64,000 nt of DNA. It comes from Candidatus Eiseniibacteriota bacterium. GTDB lineage: Bacteria; Eisenbacteria; RBG-16-71-46; CAZAMP01. The stretch's first letter is position 1; every line of letters starts with the position of its first letter. The notes below the pieces were generated by a model. The model was not told where the DNA came from, ran no database searches, and saw only the letters and a program-made list of their open reading frames with translations. Made by a program: the position numbers and the translations under genes. Location of the stretch: the NCBI GenBank assembly GCA_965224245.1, contig OZ245046.1, forward strand, positions 2,016,001 to 2,080,000, read 5' to 3'. This document shows positions 1 to 11,745 of this stretch, in pieces.

Positions 1-2600
1 ATCGGGCTCTGGAACTCCCCGCGCATCTTGTACCGGGTCACGTGCGTGTCCGAGCTGAGCCGGAAGACGGTGGCCTTGTTGTCGTAGATCTCGGGCTCGG
101 GGTAGTTGCCGAGCAGCGGGTCCAGCTGGCCCGTGGACTCGTCGACGGTGCCGGTGAGCGTGGCGTCGGGCCACGCATCGATCGTCACGTCCGGGACCCC
201 CAGGATGTTCCTCCGATACCTGATGTCGAACTCGTCCGGAGCGAACGGACGCAGCTGGGGGAAGTGCAACAGACCGGTGGACTCGTTCAGGAGGTCGACG
301 TCCACCTCGTTGTCGTGGCCGGGAAGGGGCTGGACCCCCTCCAGGCGCTGCACGTCGAGACCCAGCATCTGAAGGTAGGGTGTACCCTCGAAGTTCGGCG
401 TCGCCGCCACGCCGGTCTGCTGATCCCATACGATGTCGAGGTCCAGGTCGGAGATGTTCCGTCCGCGGATGTTGTAGATGTTCTTGCACTCGAGCACCTG
501 CGTGGGACCCCACGGTCCGTTCTGCAGGTTCTCGACCCGCAGGATGTCGATCGGGGTCCCGATCATCTTGTAGGTGGGAATCCCACACGGCGCATCCGCC
601 AGATTCGCACTTCCGATCTGCTCGTTGCCCACGCCGTCCCCATCGATGTCACCGTTCTCTTCCAGCGTCTTGAACGACGCGCAGAGCAGCTCGATGTCGC
701 CAAGCGGCTGGGTCAGCTCGATCACGAGTCCCCGGAAACGGAAGGTCCCGAGATCGGGGTGCACGACGAACTCGCGATCGCGAACAAGCTCGGAGACCTT
801 GTACACCTTGTAGTCCGACAGGTCGTCGAACGTGTCGTCGCACCGGGCCGGGGCACCGTCGCATGCGCACGGCGGCAATCCCGTCGGCGTGACGTATGCG
901 TCGATGGTGGCCTGTTCGGTGTCGGTCAGTCCCGACTGGTCGTCGCGGTACAGCCGGATGCTGCTGGGGTCGATGTTCACCGGGAACAGGAACTCGCCGG
1001 TGTACGTCTCCTGCATGCCCTGGCCGTTCACGTACGTGACCGACCCGTTGACCAGGCGGTTCGGATCGTCGAGGAAGTAGTAGCGGCGGCGGATGTAGTT
1101 CCCCGAGTCGATGTCGTCGATGCGCGTCGAGGACGACGTCGTGCTGGGGACGCTGCGCGTGGACGTCTCGCTCTCCTGCTTCGAGGCGATGGCCGAGACC
1201 TTCACCGGCCCCAGGCGTGCCTCGGAGCTGATCCCGAAGAGCCCCTCGTGACGCCCCCCGTACGAGACGTAACGAGTACCCGGCAGCGACAGGCTGGTGT
1301 TCCCCAGATTCACCCGCTGAATGATCTCGTCCTCGTAGCCCTCGTAGCGGATCTTGATGCGGTTCTCGAGGCTCGTCTCCGCCTCGGAGTTCTGGTCGAT
1401 GTCGATGAATACCTTGTCACCGATCGATCCCTGGAGCTTCAGGAACAGGTTCTGGCGCATGTCCAGGTCGGGGAACTTGGACTCGCTGGAGAGCGCGGTC
1501 GTCCGGTTGTACGGGCGCCACTCGCTGGTGCCCGAGATGGAGATGGTCTCGCTGCCCGAGACCGAGAGCGTGGACTGCTCGTCTCCGAAGATCGAGTGCA
1601 GGGCGCCCGGCATCGCCGGCAGCTTGATGTCGAAGATGCCGCCGGCCTGCGCCCCCTCCTCCCCGCGGCCGAGCATGCGCTTGCCGAGCCCATCCCACTG
1701 CGACTTGAATCCGGCGCGAAGCTGGAGCGCGGTGAAGTGCTCGGGCGACAGCACGCGCGCCTGCCCGAACGACTCCTCGCGGAGCCGCTGGACCCGCCGG
1801 ATCTCACCGGTGGCCGTGTCCACCTCCAGCACGAACCGCTTGTGCGTGCTGGACCCGGCCAGGCTCCAGCGGGGGGGCACGAAGTACGAGTACTGAAGCG
1901 TGTCGGAGACGGTGACCGCGGTGAAGCCGGCCGCGTAGTAGATCGAGTCCTGAAGGGCGGAGTTTGCGTACGCGTAGAGCACCGCGGCGTCGAGTCCCTC
2001 GCGGTCCCACCACTGCCAGAGGCCCATGCCCTGGCCCCGCGGCCCGGCGACCGGGGTCTCGGGACCGGGACCGGCGCCGTCGACTCCGTCCGTTTCCGGG
2101 GGAACGAGCGGCTCGCCGGCCTCCGTGCGGTCGTCGGGCCCCGGCGCGTCGCCGGATGGGGCGGCGGGGGGGGGCTCGGTGGGCTCGGCCCGCTCGAGCG
2201 TGGCGCCGTCCGCGTCGACGGCTGGATCGGATGAGAGCGCCTCCGCCGGCCCGTCGCCCGAGGGCGCCGGAGCGGCGGTCTCGTCATCGGCCCCCGAGCC
2301 CTCCACCGGGGCGTCCCGGCGGACCTCCCCCGCGCCGTTCGAATCGGGGACCGCCACGCCCGCGGCGATCGGGTCCAGGGAGTCGGCGGGCGCTGCCGCC
2401 GTATCGGCGTCGGCCCGTGAGCTCTCGTGGGGAGTGGTTCCGATCCCCGGTGGCGCGGGAGCCGCGACGTCGTCGGCGACCTCGTCGGCGGCGTGGGGCG
2501 CGGGCGGACTCGGTCCCCCCGCCACGAGAGCGGCCAGGGCGACGATGGCAACGCGCGTGAGCATCCGGGGCCGGAGGGCACGTTGGAAGGTCGGCGTCAT
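1..2600 (-). CDS. sprA: SprA-like T9SS outer-membrane translocon (N-terminal part; continues past the left edge)
   Basis: Absent from the ORF track because it has no stop in the window. Manual minus-strand translation from ATG 2600 gives a signal peptide, a long acidic/Pro-rich linker, then LKLQGSIGDKVFIDIDQNSE..LENRIKIRYEGYEDEIIQRVNLGNTSLSLP..GLFGI..ASKQ and later KNIYNI, YLQMLGLD, GLLHFPQLRPF, all typical of SprA. Start codon uncertain. Confidence 0.85.
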   Translation of the reverse strand, partial: MTPTFQRALRPRMLTRVAIVALAALVAGGPSPPAPHAADEVADDVAAPAPPGIGTTPHESSRADADTAAAPADSLDPIAAGVAVPDSNGAGEVRRDAPVEGSGADDETAAPAPSGDGPAEALSSDPAVDADGATLERAEPTEPPPAAPSGDAPGPDDRTEAGEPLVPPETDGVDGAGPGPETPVAGPRGQGMGLWQWWDREGLDAAVLYAYANSALQDSIYYAAGFTAVTVSDTLQYSYFVPPRWSLAGSSTHKRFVLEVDTATGEIRRVQRLREESFGQARVLSPEHFTALQLRAGFKSQWDGLGKRMLGRGEEGAQAGGIFDIKLPAMPGALHSIFGDEQSTLSVSGSETISISGTSEWRPYNRTTALSSESKFPDLDMRQNLFLKLQGSIGDKVFIDIDQNSEAETSLENRIKIRYEGYEDEIIQRVNLGNTSLSLPGTRYVSYGGRHEGLFGISSEARLGPVKVSAIASKQESETSTRSVPSTTSSSTRIDDIDSGNYIRRRYYFLDDPNRLVNGSVTYVNGQGMQETYTGEFLFPVNIDPSSIRLYRDDQSGLTDTEQATIDAYVTPTGLPPCACDGAPARCDDTFDDLSDYKVYKVSELVRDREFVVHPDLGTFRFRGLVIELTQPLGDIELLCASFKTLEENGDIDGDGVGNEQIGSANLADAPCGIPTYKMIGTPIDILRVENLQNGPWGPTQVLECKNIYNIRGRNISDLDLDIVWDQQTGVAATPNFEGTPYLQMLGLDVQRLEGVQPLPGHDNEVDVDLLNESTGLLHFPQLRPFAPDEFDIRYRRNILGVPDVTIDAWPDATLTGTVDESTGQLDPLLGNYPEPEIYDNKATVFRLSSDTHVTRYKMRGEFQSP

Positions 2601-2936
2601 CCTCACTCGACGGGGGTTGATGTGGTCGTGCCGACGGCGACGGCATCGATGTCGGCGGCGGCCTCGATGTCAGCGGCTGCACCGACCGCCGGGCCACCTG
2701 CGACGAGGGTGGCGGGCTGCTGTTCACCGACATCCTGCTCGTGTATAAACACACGACTCGTCGGATTGCTGCACCAAAATCGCGGGCTCACGCCGCCCAT
2801 GGGAACTCCCCCGCGTCCGAGCCGTGTCTTATCGGGTACGCCGAGCGCTTCCGGTGCTCGGTTGCGGGAGCAGCCCCGAGGGGGGCTCACCCATCCGGGC
2901 GACGTCCGTCGAGTCAAGTCCAACGGAGAAAACCAC

Positions 2937-4337
2937 TTGATCCTGCAAAGGTACACACTCCGCGAGATGATTTCCCCCTTTTTTCTGGGGTTCTCGTTCG
3001 TGACCTTTCTCCTGATGATGGAGCTGCTGCTGGACTACCTCGAGCTGATCCTCGACAAGGGCGTGCCCGTGTTCACGGTCGCGAAGCTCTTCGTCCTGGC
3101 GCTCGGCTGGATGCTGGCCCTCTCGATCCCGTGCGGCGTGCTCGTGGGCACGCTGATGACGTTCGGTCGCATGAGCCAGGACAACGAGATTCTGGCCATG
3201 CGGAGCTCGGGGGTCTCGGTCCTCACCCTGATGAAGCCGGCGTTCGCGTGGGGCCTCGGCTGGACCCTCTTCCTGATGCTCTTCAACAACATCGTCCTGC
3301 CCTGGAGCAATCACGAGTTCTCGCGGCTGCTCCTCGAGGTGAACCGCAAGCGGCCCACCGCCGAGCTCGACGAGGGGGTCTTCATCGAGGCGTTCGACGG
3401 GCACCGGATCCTGTTCGACCGCCTCAATCCCAAGACCGGCGAGATCCAGGGCATCAAGATCCTCGACTTCCAGAAGGGACGCCGCCCCACGACCACGGTC
3501 GCGGACGCCGGCCGGCTGTTCTACGACGGTGAGCGCGACATGCTGATCCTCGAGCTGGAGGACGGCGAGGTCTACACCGTGCCCTCCGACGCGGTCGAGG
3601 CGGCCTCGCTCCGGCGCACCGAGTTCGCCCAGCATCTCATCCGCATCGGCGGCGAGGGTCAGGGCCCGTTCCGGCCCCGCCTGCGGCGCGGGCAACGCGA
3701 GATGAGCGCGTTTCAGCTCCGTGACGAGATCGCCGCCACCCGGGCCAAGCGCGACACGCTCCTGGCCGAGCAGGACGAGAAGCTCCAGGTGCTCGGCTAC
3801 TCGGGATACGCCGAGCTGGCGGCGTTCGTGGAGACCCCCCAGCCCTGGTACGAGCGGCTGGCGGAGGCGTTCCGGGGCGGCGGGCGCCCGCATCCGCCAC
3901 CCGAGCGTCGCTTCGTCGGCCCGCCCGACGCCCGTCTGGTCGAGAGCTACAAGCTCACGAAGCTCCAGGTGGAGTCGTTCGACAAGCAGATCAACCAGCT
4001 CGAGGTCGAGCTCCACAAGAAGTTCTCGCTCTCGCTGGCCTGCCTCGTCTTCGTGCTCCTCGGTGCCCCGCTCGGGATCGTCGTGCGCCGCGGCGGCATG
4101 CGGGCGGGCGTCTGGAGCATCGGATTCCTGATCTTCTACTACATCTGCCTGATCGGCGGGGAGCAGCTCGCCGATCGTCGCCTCCTGCGGCCGGCCATCA
4201 GCATGTGGCTGGCCAACGCGGTCCTGGGCACGATCGGGCTGGTTCTGGTGGCCAACGTGCTCGGCCTCCGGCACCGCCGCTCGACCCCCCGTTCCGTCGG
4301 GCACCCGCGCCCGCACGAGGAGATCCTGGCCGGATGA
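2937..4337 (+). CDS. lptF: LPS export permease LptF
   Basis: TTG 2937 after GGAG. MILQRYTLREM..FGRMSQDNEILAMRSSGVS..ELHKKFSLSLACLVF..LG. ATGA overlap with lptG. Confidence 0.88.
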   Translation: MILQRYTLREMISPFFLGFSFVTFLLMMELLLDYLELILDKGVPVFTVAKLFVLALGWMLALSIPCGVLVGTLMTFGRMSQDNEILAMRSSGVSVLTLMKPAFAWGLGWTLFLMLFNNIVLPWSNHEFSRLLLEVNRKRPTAELDEGVFIEAFDGHRILFDRLNPKTGEIQGIKILDFQKGRRPTTTVADAGRLFYDGERDMLILELEDGEVYTVPSDAVEAASLRRTEFAQHLIRIGGEGQGPFRPRLRRGQREMSAFQLRDEIAATRAKRDTLLAEQDEKLQVLGYSGYAELAAFVETPQPWYERLAEAFRGGGRPHPPPERRFVGPPDARLVESYKLTKLQVESFDKQINQLEVELHKKFSLSLACLVFVLLGAPLGIVVRRGGMRAGVWSIGFLIFYYICLIGGEQLADRRLLRPAISMWLANAVLGTIGLVLVANVLGLRHRRSTPRSVGHPRPHEEILAG

Positions 4338-5416
4338 TCCGAACGCTGGACCGATACGTCATGGTCGAGTTCCTGAAGTACCTGACCCTGGCGATGTGCC
4401 TGTTCATCGGGCTGTTCATCATCGTGGATCTCTTCGAGAAGCTCTCCAAGTTCGTGGACAACACGGCCAGCATCACCGACATCGCGGCGTTCTACGCGTA
4501 CTCGATCCCGTACACGGTCGTGCTCACGATGCCGATGGCGATGCTCCTGGCCAGCCTCATGCTGATCGGTCAGCTCGGGCGCACCGGCGAGCTGGTCGCC
4601 ATGCTCTCGGCCGGCGTGAGCTTCCTCCGGATCCTGTCCCCGGTGCTGGTGTTGTCGGGGCTGTTGAGCGTGGGCAACTTCGCGCTGGCCGAGTGGGTCA
4701 TGCCCGATGCGCTGGAGAAGAAGGACGTCACGCTCAACGAGAAGATCCGCGGCAAGAGCGGCGACGCGGGGAGCCGCAAGCGCAACTTCACGTACATGGG
4801 ACGCGGCGATCGCCTCTACTGGATCTCGACCGTCGACCCGGCGCGCAAGATCCTGCGTGACGTCGTGGTGCAGACGTTCGACGAGGAGCGGCGTGTGACC
4901 GAACGCATCGACGCCCGCGAGGCCACGTTCGTGGACCCGGCGTGGGTGTTCCGCTCGGGCTACCTGCGCTCGGGCATGCCCGACGCCGAGCACGTGGTTC
5001 CGTTCAAGCGGCTCTGGGTCACCACCATCCCCGAGCGTCCGGAGGACTTCATGTCGAAGGAGCCCGACCCGATGAACATGGGGCGGGCGGCGCTCGGTCG
5101 GTACATCGATCGACTGAAGGAAGCGCGGGCGCGAACGCGCAAGCTCGAGGTGAACTATCACCTCAAGCTGGCTTACCCGCTGATCAACTTCATCATCGTG
5201 CTCCTGGGCGCGTCGCTCTCGGTGCGAATCCGACGAACCGGGTGGGCGCTCGGGCTGGGCCTGTCGATGTTCATCGGGTTCGCGTACTACGCGTTCATCC
5301 GCTTCGGACAGGCCATGGGATTCTCGGGTGCGATCCCGCCGCTTCTGGCCGCGTGGCTGGGGAACATCGTGTTCCTCGGCGTGGCGGTGACGTTTCAGGT
5401 GCGCGCGAACCGTTGA
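4334..5416 (+). CDS. lptG: LPS export permease LptG
   Basis: MIRTLDRYV..GELVAMLSAGVS..KLAYPL..PPLLAAWLGN; tandem with lptF. Confidence 0.88.
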   Translation: MIRTLDRYVMVEFLKYLTLAMCLFIGLFIIVDLFEKLSKFVDNTASITDIAAFYAYSIPYTVVLTMPMAMLLASLMLIGQLGRTGELVAMLSAGVSFLRILSPVLVLSGLLSVGNFALAEWVMPDALEKKDVTLNEKIRGKSGDAGSRKRNFTYMGRGDRLYWISTVDPARKILRDVVVQTFDEERRVTERIDAREATFVDPAWVFRSGYLRSGMPDAEHVVPFKRLWVTTIPERPEDFMSKEPDPMNMGRAALGRYIDRLKEARARTRKLEVNYHLKLAYPLINFIIVLLGASLSVRIRRTGWALGLGLSMFIGFAYYAFIRFGQAMGFSGAIPPLLAAWLGNIVFLGVAVTFQVRANR

Positions 5417-5506
5417 CGTGAGCGGAGCCCGGGGGGAGCGGAGCGGGACGGGGGATCGCACGGCGGCGACGAGCGGGCGCCGCCGCCGGCGAGATCCACG
5501 AGAGGC

Positions 5507-5725
5507 CTACAGATCCTGCGGACGAAGCGTCTTGCGCTTGTTCGCGGTGGCGCGACCCTCGGCGTTCTTGATCGCGTTGCGGACGTGGGCGTCCAGGGCC
5601 GCGTAGAACTCGCTCGAGACGTTGCACTTCTTGACTGCGGCCTTCGTGCGCGACTTCGAGATGATCAGTTCCATCGGCTTCCGCGCCGACGACTTGCGCG
5701 TGCTCTTCTTCTTGGCCTTCGCCAT
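5507..5725 (-). CDS. Bacterial histone-fold protein (72 aa, alpha3-truncated, Bd0055/face-to-face-like) with a basic N-terminal tail
   Basis: Last 72 aa of ORF 5507..6283. SD AAGGAG precedes ATG 5725. Core LIISKSRTKAAVKKCNVSSEFYAALDAHVRNAIKNAEGRATANKRKTLRPQDL carries the histone L2-alpha3 signature RKT-x-x-x-x-D. Confidence 0.88.
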   Translation of the reverse strand: MAKAKKKSTRKSSARKPMELIISKSRTKAAVKKCNVSSEFYAALDAHVRNAIKNAEGRATANKRKTLRPQDL

Positions 5726-5818
5726 GGAGTCTCTCTCCTTCGCTGGTGGGGACTCGGAGCGTTGACGCTCCTCGCGCGCCGCGGGCAGCGAACGCACGTG
5801 TTTACACGAACGGTCCGC

Positions 5819-5847
5819 AATATCGGTACCCGCCGGGGGGGTGTCAA
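5819..5847 (-). promoter_or_regulatory. Sigma70-type promoter of the histone gene
   Basis: TTGACA (5847-5842), 17 nt spacer, GATATT (5824-5819). Confidence 0.6.
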
Positions 5848-5946
5848 CGAAAAAGCGCGGGCCCGGAGCGCGATTCGGGGCCGATTCCGGCCTTCCCGGA
5901 GCGATTCCGCCCCGACGGCGCCGACCGGGGCGACCCCTCGCGGAGC

Positions 5947-7290
<1,344 letters not shown>

Positions 7291-7314
7291 GGGGACCTCG
7301 TGAACGTGCCTCGA

Positions 7315-8511
7315 TCAGAAGCGGGAGATGCCCTCCGGCGAATCCGGCTGGCGTGGCTTGTTCACTACCGCATCCGTTCCGGCTCCGTCCACCGGTTTTT
7401 CCTCGGACTCCGACTCGAACTTGCCCCAGCTGGCGTCGGACGCCGAGTGGATCCCCTCCACCCGCAGCTGGAACTCGGTCGGGTTCGACGCATGCCGGAT
7501 CGCCCCGTCCAGCGTGACCAGGTTCTTCCGGTAGAGCTGCATCAGCGACTGGTCGAACGTCTGCATCCCGTAGGTGTTGGATCCCTCCTGGATCGCCTGG
7601 GACAGCATGACCGTCTTGTCGGGATCGATGATCATCTCCTTGACCGCGTCGCTGATGATCATGACCTCCACCGCCGGCACGCGAGAGATCCCATCGGCGC
7701 GCGGAACCAGACGGAGGGTGATGATGGCCTTCAGGTTCGCGGCCAGGAGAAACCGGATCTCGGAGTGCTGGTGGGGCGGGTAGAACGACAGGATGCGGTT
7801 GATCGTCTGCGGGGCGTTCGCGGTGTGGAGCGTGCTCAGAACGAGGTGCCCCGTGTCGGCCGCCATCAGGGCCACCCGCATGGTCTCGGTGTCGCGGATC
7901 TCGCCCAGGAGGATCACGTCGGGATCCTGCCGCAGGATGTGCTTGAGACCGGCCACGTAGCTGTCGGTGTCGAGCCCCACCTCGCGCTGGGAGATGATGC
8001 TCTTCTGATCGCTGTGGAGGAACTCGACGGGGTCCTCGATCGTGATGACGTTCCGCGCCTCGCGCCGGTTGATGGCGTCGATCATCGAGGCCAGGGTCGT
8101 GGACTTTCCGCTTCCCACGGTGCCGGTGACCAGGATCAGGCCGCGCGGCCGCGTGGTGAGCTCCAGCACGATGTCCGGTAGATTGAGCTGCTCGAACCGG
8201 GGGATCTCCAGCGGCACGGTCCGGATCGCACCCGCGATCGTCCCGCGCTGGTAGTAGAGGTTCGCGCGGAAGCGGGCGACGCCCTGGAGCCCGAACGCGA
8301 AGTCGACCTCGCGGTTCGTGCGCAGCTCCTCGCTCTGCTCGGGGGTCATGATCTGCGCCGCCAGGGACTCCAGATCGGCCGGTCCCAGAGGCTGCAGGTC
8401 CAGGTAGTGGAGCTCACCGTCGACTCGAAACGCAGGCGGGCTCCCGTACTTGACGTGCAGGTCGGAGGCCCGTCGTTCGATCATCTCTTGCAGGATGCGC
8501 TGGATATCCAT
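7315..8511 (-). CDS. pilT: PilT/PilU-family type IV pilus retraction ATPase
   Basis: ASDLH, Walker A GTVGSGKST, TIEDPVE, LRQDPDVILLGEIRD, TGHLVLSTLH, GMQTFDQ. Confidence 0.88.
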   Translation of the reverse strand: MDIQRILQEMIERRASDLHVKYGSPPAFRVDGELHYLDLQPLGPADLESLAAQIMTPEQSEELRTNREVDFAFGLQGVARFRANLYYQRGTIAGAIRTVPLEIPRFEQLNLPDIVLELTTRPRGLILVTGTVGSGKSTTLASMIDAINRREARNVITIEDPVEFLHSDQKSIISQREVGLDTDSYVAGLKHILRQDPDVILLGEIRDTETMRVALMAADTGHLVLSTLHTANAPQTINRILSFYPPHQHSEIRFLLAANLKAIITLRLVPRADGISRVPAVEVMIISDAVKEMIIDPDKTVMLSQAIQEGSNTYGMQTFDQSLMQLYRKNLVTLDGAIRHASNPTEFQLRVEGIHSASDASWGKFESESEEKPVDGAGTDAVVNKPRQPDSPEGISRF

Positions 8512-8582
8512 GGAGCCACGTCCTCGCGGGTTCGTCGACCGAAGGGAAAGTCACCCTACGATGATCGGACGTGGCCCCCCGA

Positions 8583-9068
<486 letters not shown>

Positions 9069-9071
9069 CGC

Positions 9072-9521
9072 TCACGCCTCTCCCCCCGGCTCGCGGCGGC
9101 TGCCGGCGCGAGCGAACACGGCCAGAGCGGCCAGGTAGCTGTCCTCACCCAGTCCCGAGATCTGCCCGCGACACGCACCGGCGATCACCGAGCGTTGCCG
9201 GAACGGCTCGCGCGCGTGCAGGTTCGAGAGGTGAACCTCGATCGCCGGCGCCTCCGCCGCCTCGATCGCGTCGCGTAGAGCGACGCTCGAGTGCGTGTAT
9301 CCGCCGGGATTGATGACGATGCCATCCGCGTCGGTGCTCTGGATCCGGTCGACCAGAACGCCCTCGTGATTGGACTGCACGATCTCGAGATCGATCCCGA
9401 GCGCCCGTGCCTCGGCCCGGAGTGTCGCGTTCAGCTCGTCGAGGGTCGCGTGGCCGTACGTCGCCGGGTCGCGGACGCCGAGACGGTTCAGGTTCGGCCC
9501 GTGCAGGACGAGGACCTTCAT
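9072..9521 (-). CDS. aroQ: Type II 3-dehydroquinate dehydratase
   Basis: [38 protein letters not shown]. Confidence 0.97.
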   Translation of the reverse strand: MKVLVLHGPNLNRLGVRDPATYGHATLDELNATLRAEARALGIDLEIVQSNHEGVLVDRIQSTDADGIVINPGGYTHSSVALRDAIEAAEAPAIEVHLSNLHAREPFRQRSVIAGACRGQISGLGEDSYLAALAVFARAGSRREPGGEA

Positions 9522-10615
9522 CGATCTTCTTTCGCGAAGAACGCCGCAAGTGACTCAACGACAACACTTTGCGCGACACGGTGACCAAAGCTAGCAGAGC
9601 CGATCCGCTCCGTCAATACAAACCGCGGCTCCCCTCCGGCGCTCTTCTTGTCGCCCGCGAGCCGCGTCAGAATGGCCGGAGCGGGAGTGGACGGGTCGGC
9701 CGTCGGCAGACCGAGCGCCGCGAGACAGGACACGACCCGGCTCCGATCGGTCTCCGCGAGCCCCAGCACGCGGACCGACAGATCCAGCGAGACCGCCATG
9801 CCCACCGATATGGCCTCGCCGTGCGTCCAGCGTCCGAACGCGGTCGCCGACTCGAGGGCGTGACCCACCGTGTGGCCGAAGTTCAGGATTGCGCGGCGTC
9901 CGGATTCTCGCTCGTCGTCGGCGACCACGCCGGCCTTCACCGCGACCGCCCCTGCGATCGTGCCCGCGAGCACCTCCGAGCGGCAGTCCCGGACCCCGTC
10001 GGCATCGGCGGCGATGCGCTCGAAGAGCGCGCGATCGGCGATCACGGCCGACTTCACCGCCTCGGCGAGCCCGGACACGTGCTCGCGCGGAGGCAGGGTC
10101 ACCAGCACGTCGAGATCGCAGAGCACGCCGCGGGGCTGGTGGAACGACCCGATGAGGTTCTTTCCGCCGTCCAGGTTGACGCCGGTCTTGCCGCCGATCG
10201 CCGCATCGAGCATCGCGAGCACCGTCGTGGGTACGGCGATCCAGTCGATCCCGCGGTGGTAGACCGACGCGACGAAGCCGGTCACGTCGCACGTGACGCC
10301 TCCGCCCACGGCGGCCACCGCGTCCGACCGCTCGACGCGAGCCGCGACGAAGCGGCGGGCCAGCGAGTCCAGCGAGGCCAGCGACTTCGTCCCCTCGCCG
10401 GCGGGCAGCACCTCGACGACCGGGTCCGCCCCGTGTCGCGCGAACGCCGCCCGGAGTGCCGGCTCGTGCGCGGCCCAGACGTTCTGATCGACCACCACGA
10501 GACGGACGCGGTCGAGGAGGTCCCCATCCAGCGTGCCCAGGAGGTCCCCCAGGCCTCGCCCGACCCGCACGTCGTAGCCGCCGGACGCGAGTGCCACCGG
10601 GATGACGTCGATCAT
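9518..10615 (-). CDS. aroB: 3-dehydroquinate synthase
   Basis: [60 protein letters not shown] 10615 overlaps the upstream stop. Confidence 0.95.
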   Translation of the reverse strand: MIDVIPVALASGGYDVRVGRGLGDLLGTLDGDLLDRVRLVVVDQNVWAAHEPALRAAFARHGADPVVEVLPAGEGTKSLASLDSLARRFVAARVERSDAVAAVGGGVTCDVTGFVASVYHRGIDWIAVPTTVLAMLDAAIGGKTGVNLDGGKNLIGSFHQPRGVLCDLDVLVTLPPREHVSGLAEAVKSAVIADRALFERIAADADGVRDCRSEVLAGTIAGAVAVKAGVVADDERESGRRAILNFGHTVGHALESATAFGRWTHGEAISVGMAVSLDLSVRVLGLAETDRSRVVSCLAALGLPTADPSTPAPAILTRLAGDKKSAGGEPRFVLTERIGSASFGHRVAQSVVVESLAAFFAKEDR

Positions 10616-11661
10616 GGGGAGTCGGACTTCAGCGCGAACGTGGACGCCACCGCATCCAGCTGACGGAGGTAGGGGTTCTTGTCGAGCGACGGAAGAAAGA
10701 CGAGGTAGTCGACCACATACATCCGGTCGTGGCCGTCGTGGACCGCGTAGAGGCGGAACGGCCCCCCCACGACGAACGACGGTGTCTGCCACCGCCCGCG
10801 CAGCTCCAGCGCGGGCCGACCGGCGAACGTGGTGTCGGTCCATTCGAGCTCGACGATCTCCTCGTCTTCGTAGAGCCGCGGCTCGTCGCGCCGCAGGCGC
10901 TCGACCGCCTCGCGTCCGAACTCTTCCGGCGACAGCGTGACGTGCTGCACGAACAGCCACCGCTCGGGGGAGCTCGAGTGCGCCAGGACGAGGTTCCGCC
11001 CCGGATCCTGCTCGACCTCCCATCCGCGCGGCACACGGAGCGTCCACGCGCGCTGCGAGACGTAGTGCGCGAGGAGCGGATTGTCCCCGGTCAGGTACAT
11101 CGACTCGAGCAACCCTCGCCGGACGTGCACTTCGAGGCTGTCGACGAGCGCGTCGGCGTAGCGCTCGACGTTGCGCGCCAGCGCCTCACGGGTGGGCGCG
11201 AGGAGAATCATGAACGTCTGACCGAGCCCGTAGACGTCGTCGTAGATCGCGAAAGGCCGCGCGCCGCTCTCGAACTCCGCGAGCACCGCGTCTCCCGCCA
11301 CGCGACGGGCCAGGGCCACCGCGGCCGCGTCGGTCATGTCGGTGACGATCATGACGTTCTTGAAGTCGTTGCGATCCGAGAAGGCGGACGGAGGGACGAG
11401 CTCGACGTGGAAGGCCGACTCGGTGCGGGTCGTCATCACGTCGTGCTCGAAAGCCGCGACGAACGTCTCCATGACCGGATCGTCGCGCGTCAACGACGTG
11501 AAGACCGTGATGTCGGCGTTCGGCCCGACCGCCGGGATCAGCTGGTCGGGGTCGCACCCGGCGCCGGCGAGCGCCGCCGCCACGAGGAGCCCTCCGCACA
11601 TGCCGGTCGACGCGGCCGGGCGATGCGTCCGGCGCGCGAGCTGTCGACGGGTTGGTTCCAT
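10612..11661 (-). CDS. DUF4837-like lipoprotein
   Basis: Lipobox AGAGC. C-terminal LRGRW..GGPF..VFLPSLDKNPYLRQLDAVASTF resembles DUF4837. Confidence 0.7.
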   Translation of the reverse strand: MEPTRRQLARRTHRPAASTGMCGGLLVAAALAGAGCDPDQLIPAVGPNADITVFTSLTRDDPVMETFVAAFEHDVMTTRTESAFHVELVPPSAFSDRNDFKNVMIVTDMTDAAAVALARRVAGDAVLAEFESGARPFAIYDDVYGLGQTFMILLAPTREALARNVERYADALVDSLEVHVRRGLLESMYLTGDNPLLAHYVSQRAWTLRVPRGWEVEQDPGRNLVLAHSSSPERWLFVQHVTLSPEEFGREAVERLRRDEPRLYEDEEIVELEWTDTTFAGRPALELRGRWQTPSFVVGGPFRLYAVHDGHDRMYVVDYLVFLPSLDKNPYLRQLDAVASTFALKSDSP

Positions 11662-11679
11662 CCATGCCTCCCGGTGGCG

Positions 11680-11709
11680 ACGCTATCACCGGGTTTCTCG
11701 GAGGGTCAA
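11680..11709 (-). promoter_or_regulatory. Possible sigma70 promoter of the DUF4837-aroB-aroQ-accB unit
   Basis: TTGACC-N18-TAGCGT. Confidence 0.4.
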
Positions 11710-11745
11710 GCCGCGCGGGAAGGGGAACGCACGGGGTGATCGGTG

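Noticed and set aside
42-2234. 730-aa + strand ORF
   Set aside because: Antisense shadow of sprA. High-GC codon bias keeps the opposite frame open, and it shows no protein motifs.
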